DNA of 63,703 bases, the filler included, from Octopus bimaculoides (taxonomy: Eukaryota), in assembly GCF_001194135.2 (NCBI RefSeq). It is 7 parts of 6 records of this genome, joined end to end, with 100 filler letters (N's around TTAATTAATTAA, not from the genome) between each part and the next. Parts side by side here need not be neighbours in the genome. Positions count along the whole stretch, not along the records: positions 61,833 to 63,703 come from NC_068981.1; 6 more parts are not named here. One strand, written 5' to 3'. This document shows, piece by piece, positions 62,791-63,703 of this stretch. Numbering within the stretch: the stretch's first letter is position 1; each line of letters opens with the position of its first letter. The notes beneath the pieces were generated by a model that saw only the letters and a list, made by a program, of their open reading frames with translations, searched no databases and was not told the DNA's origin. The position numbers were made by a program, and so were the translations under genes.

Positions 62791-62989
62791 CAATCACATA
62801 CAAAGCTTTTGACATTACATTCATTTAAATCCTGTTTTTATATTGTACAATTGTGTATAAACTTTGTTGTAAATAAATTTTGTGAATATTATTTAGTAGC
62901 CTTAAACACAGTAGCAGACCAAAAAAAGAATGGCAAAATTTAAGAAGCGACAATGTTTTCCTATTAAATAATTTCTTCAAATATTTAAC

Positions 62990-63345
62990 TTGTTTGTGTG
63001 TGACTGTGTATGTGTGTTTGCGTGTGTATCTTTGTACATGCTTGTATTTCCGTATGTGAGTGATCATGTGTATCTGTGTGCGTGTGTGCCTGTGTGTGAG
63101 TGAGCGTGGTTATGTGCCTGCATGCGTAATTGTGTGTGTGTATGTTTGTGTATGTGTATATGTGTGTGTGTGCATCTTCCTCTTTCTGTATATGTGTGTG
63201 CGTGAACGTGTGTGTCTTAGTGTATGTGTGTTTTTGTATGTGTAAACGTGCGAGCGCGCGTGTGTGTGTTTGTGTTTGTACATACGCGTGTCTTCTCTGT
63301 ATCTTTGTGTGTGTGCGCGCGCGCGTCCGTGTGTACACGTTTGTG
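62990..63345. repeat. Degenerate (TG)n low-complexity tract
   Basis: Directly visible; produces the spurious CV- and HT-rich ORFs. Confidence 0.85.
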
Positions 63346-63703
63346 ATTTTTTATTTTAACGTTTATCTTAATATATAAATCTGAAATTGTGTGTTTGTGT
63401 GAAGCCTTTTTGAATGTTTATAGAAATCCACATTTTCCACTTTTTCGTAAAAATTTTTACATCAATGGAATTTTCTCGATCTGAACTTTCCAGTGCAGTA
63501 ATTAGATTTTTTAAATTCCGTTTACTTTGTGTGATTTAAGGGAGATTTGGCTGTTGTTTCTAGCAACTTTTATATTTCATCCCTGCTACCTGGAACACCA
63601 TTCTTACACACGCGCTCAACATAAAAATATAGAGAGTAAAAGTAAAAGAGGGAGAGGGAGAGAGAGAGAAAGTGATACATACAACGTCATAGATTAAACT
63701 TTC

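Overview
Repeat-rich animal genomic DNA, very likely an octopod (inferred from its tRNA-derived SINEs and LINE/microsatellite landscape). About a sixth of the window is N. Six 100-bp spacers (44 N + TTAATTAATTAA + 44 N) join seven separate pieces (1-11948, 12049-21394, 21495-29532, 29633-54066, 54167-58557, 58658-61732, 61833-63703), so adjacency across them is unverified. Two host genes are supported. (1) The last six exons of a zinc transporter SLC30A7/ZnT7 on the minus strand (48102-53422), with all splice sites and phases reconstructed; the 5' exons are not in the visible sequence. (2) A complete, intronless D-aminoacyl-tRNA deacylase DTD1 (60906-61409, +). The rest is decayed mobile DNA: Tc1/mariner, pogo/Tigger, hAT, TTAA- and hAT-type MITEs, RTE, CR1, R4/Dong-type LINEs, Penelope-like elements (PLEs) and several SINE families. 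The most interesting unannotated signal is a set of hammerhead ribozymes: an intact minimal type I hammerhead (56647-56721), a PLE 3' end fused to a tRNA-like Pol III head and a hammerhead-like motif (32354-32810), a perfect 54-bp palindrome of that element's terminus (50920-50973), and further decayed motifs. Second, R4/Dong LINEs repeatedly sit in (AAT)n tracts, twice tail-to-tail with the (ATT)n tail of the dominant SINE. All family assignments are from motif recognition by eye; no database searches were run.
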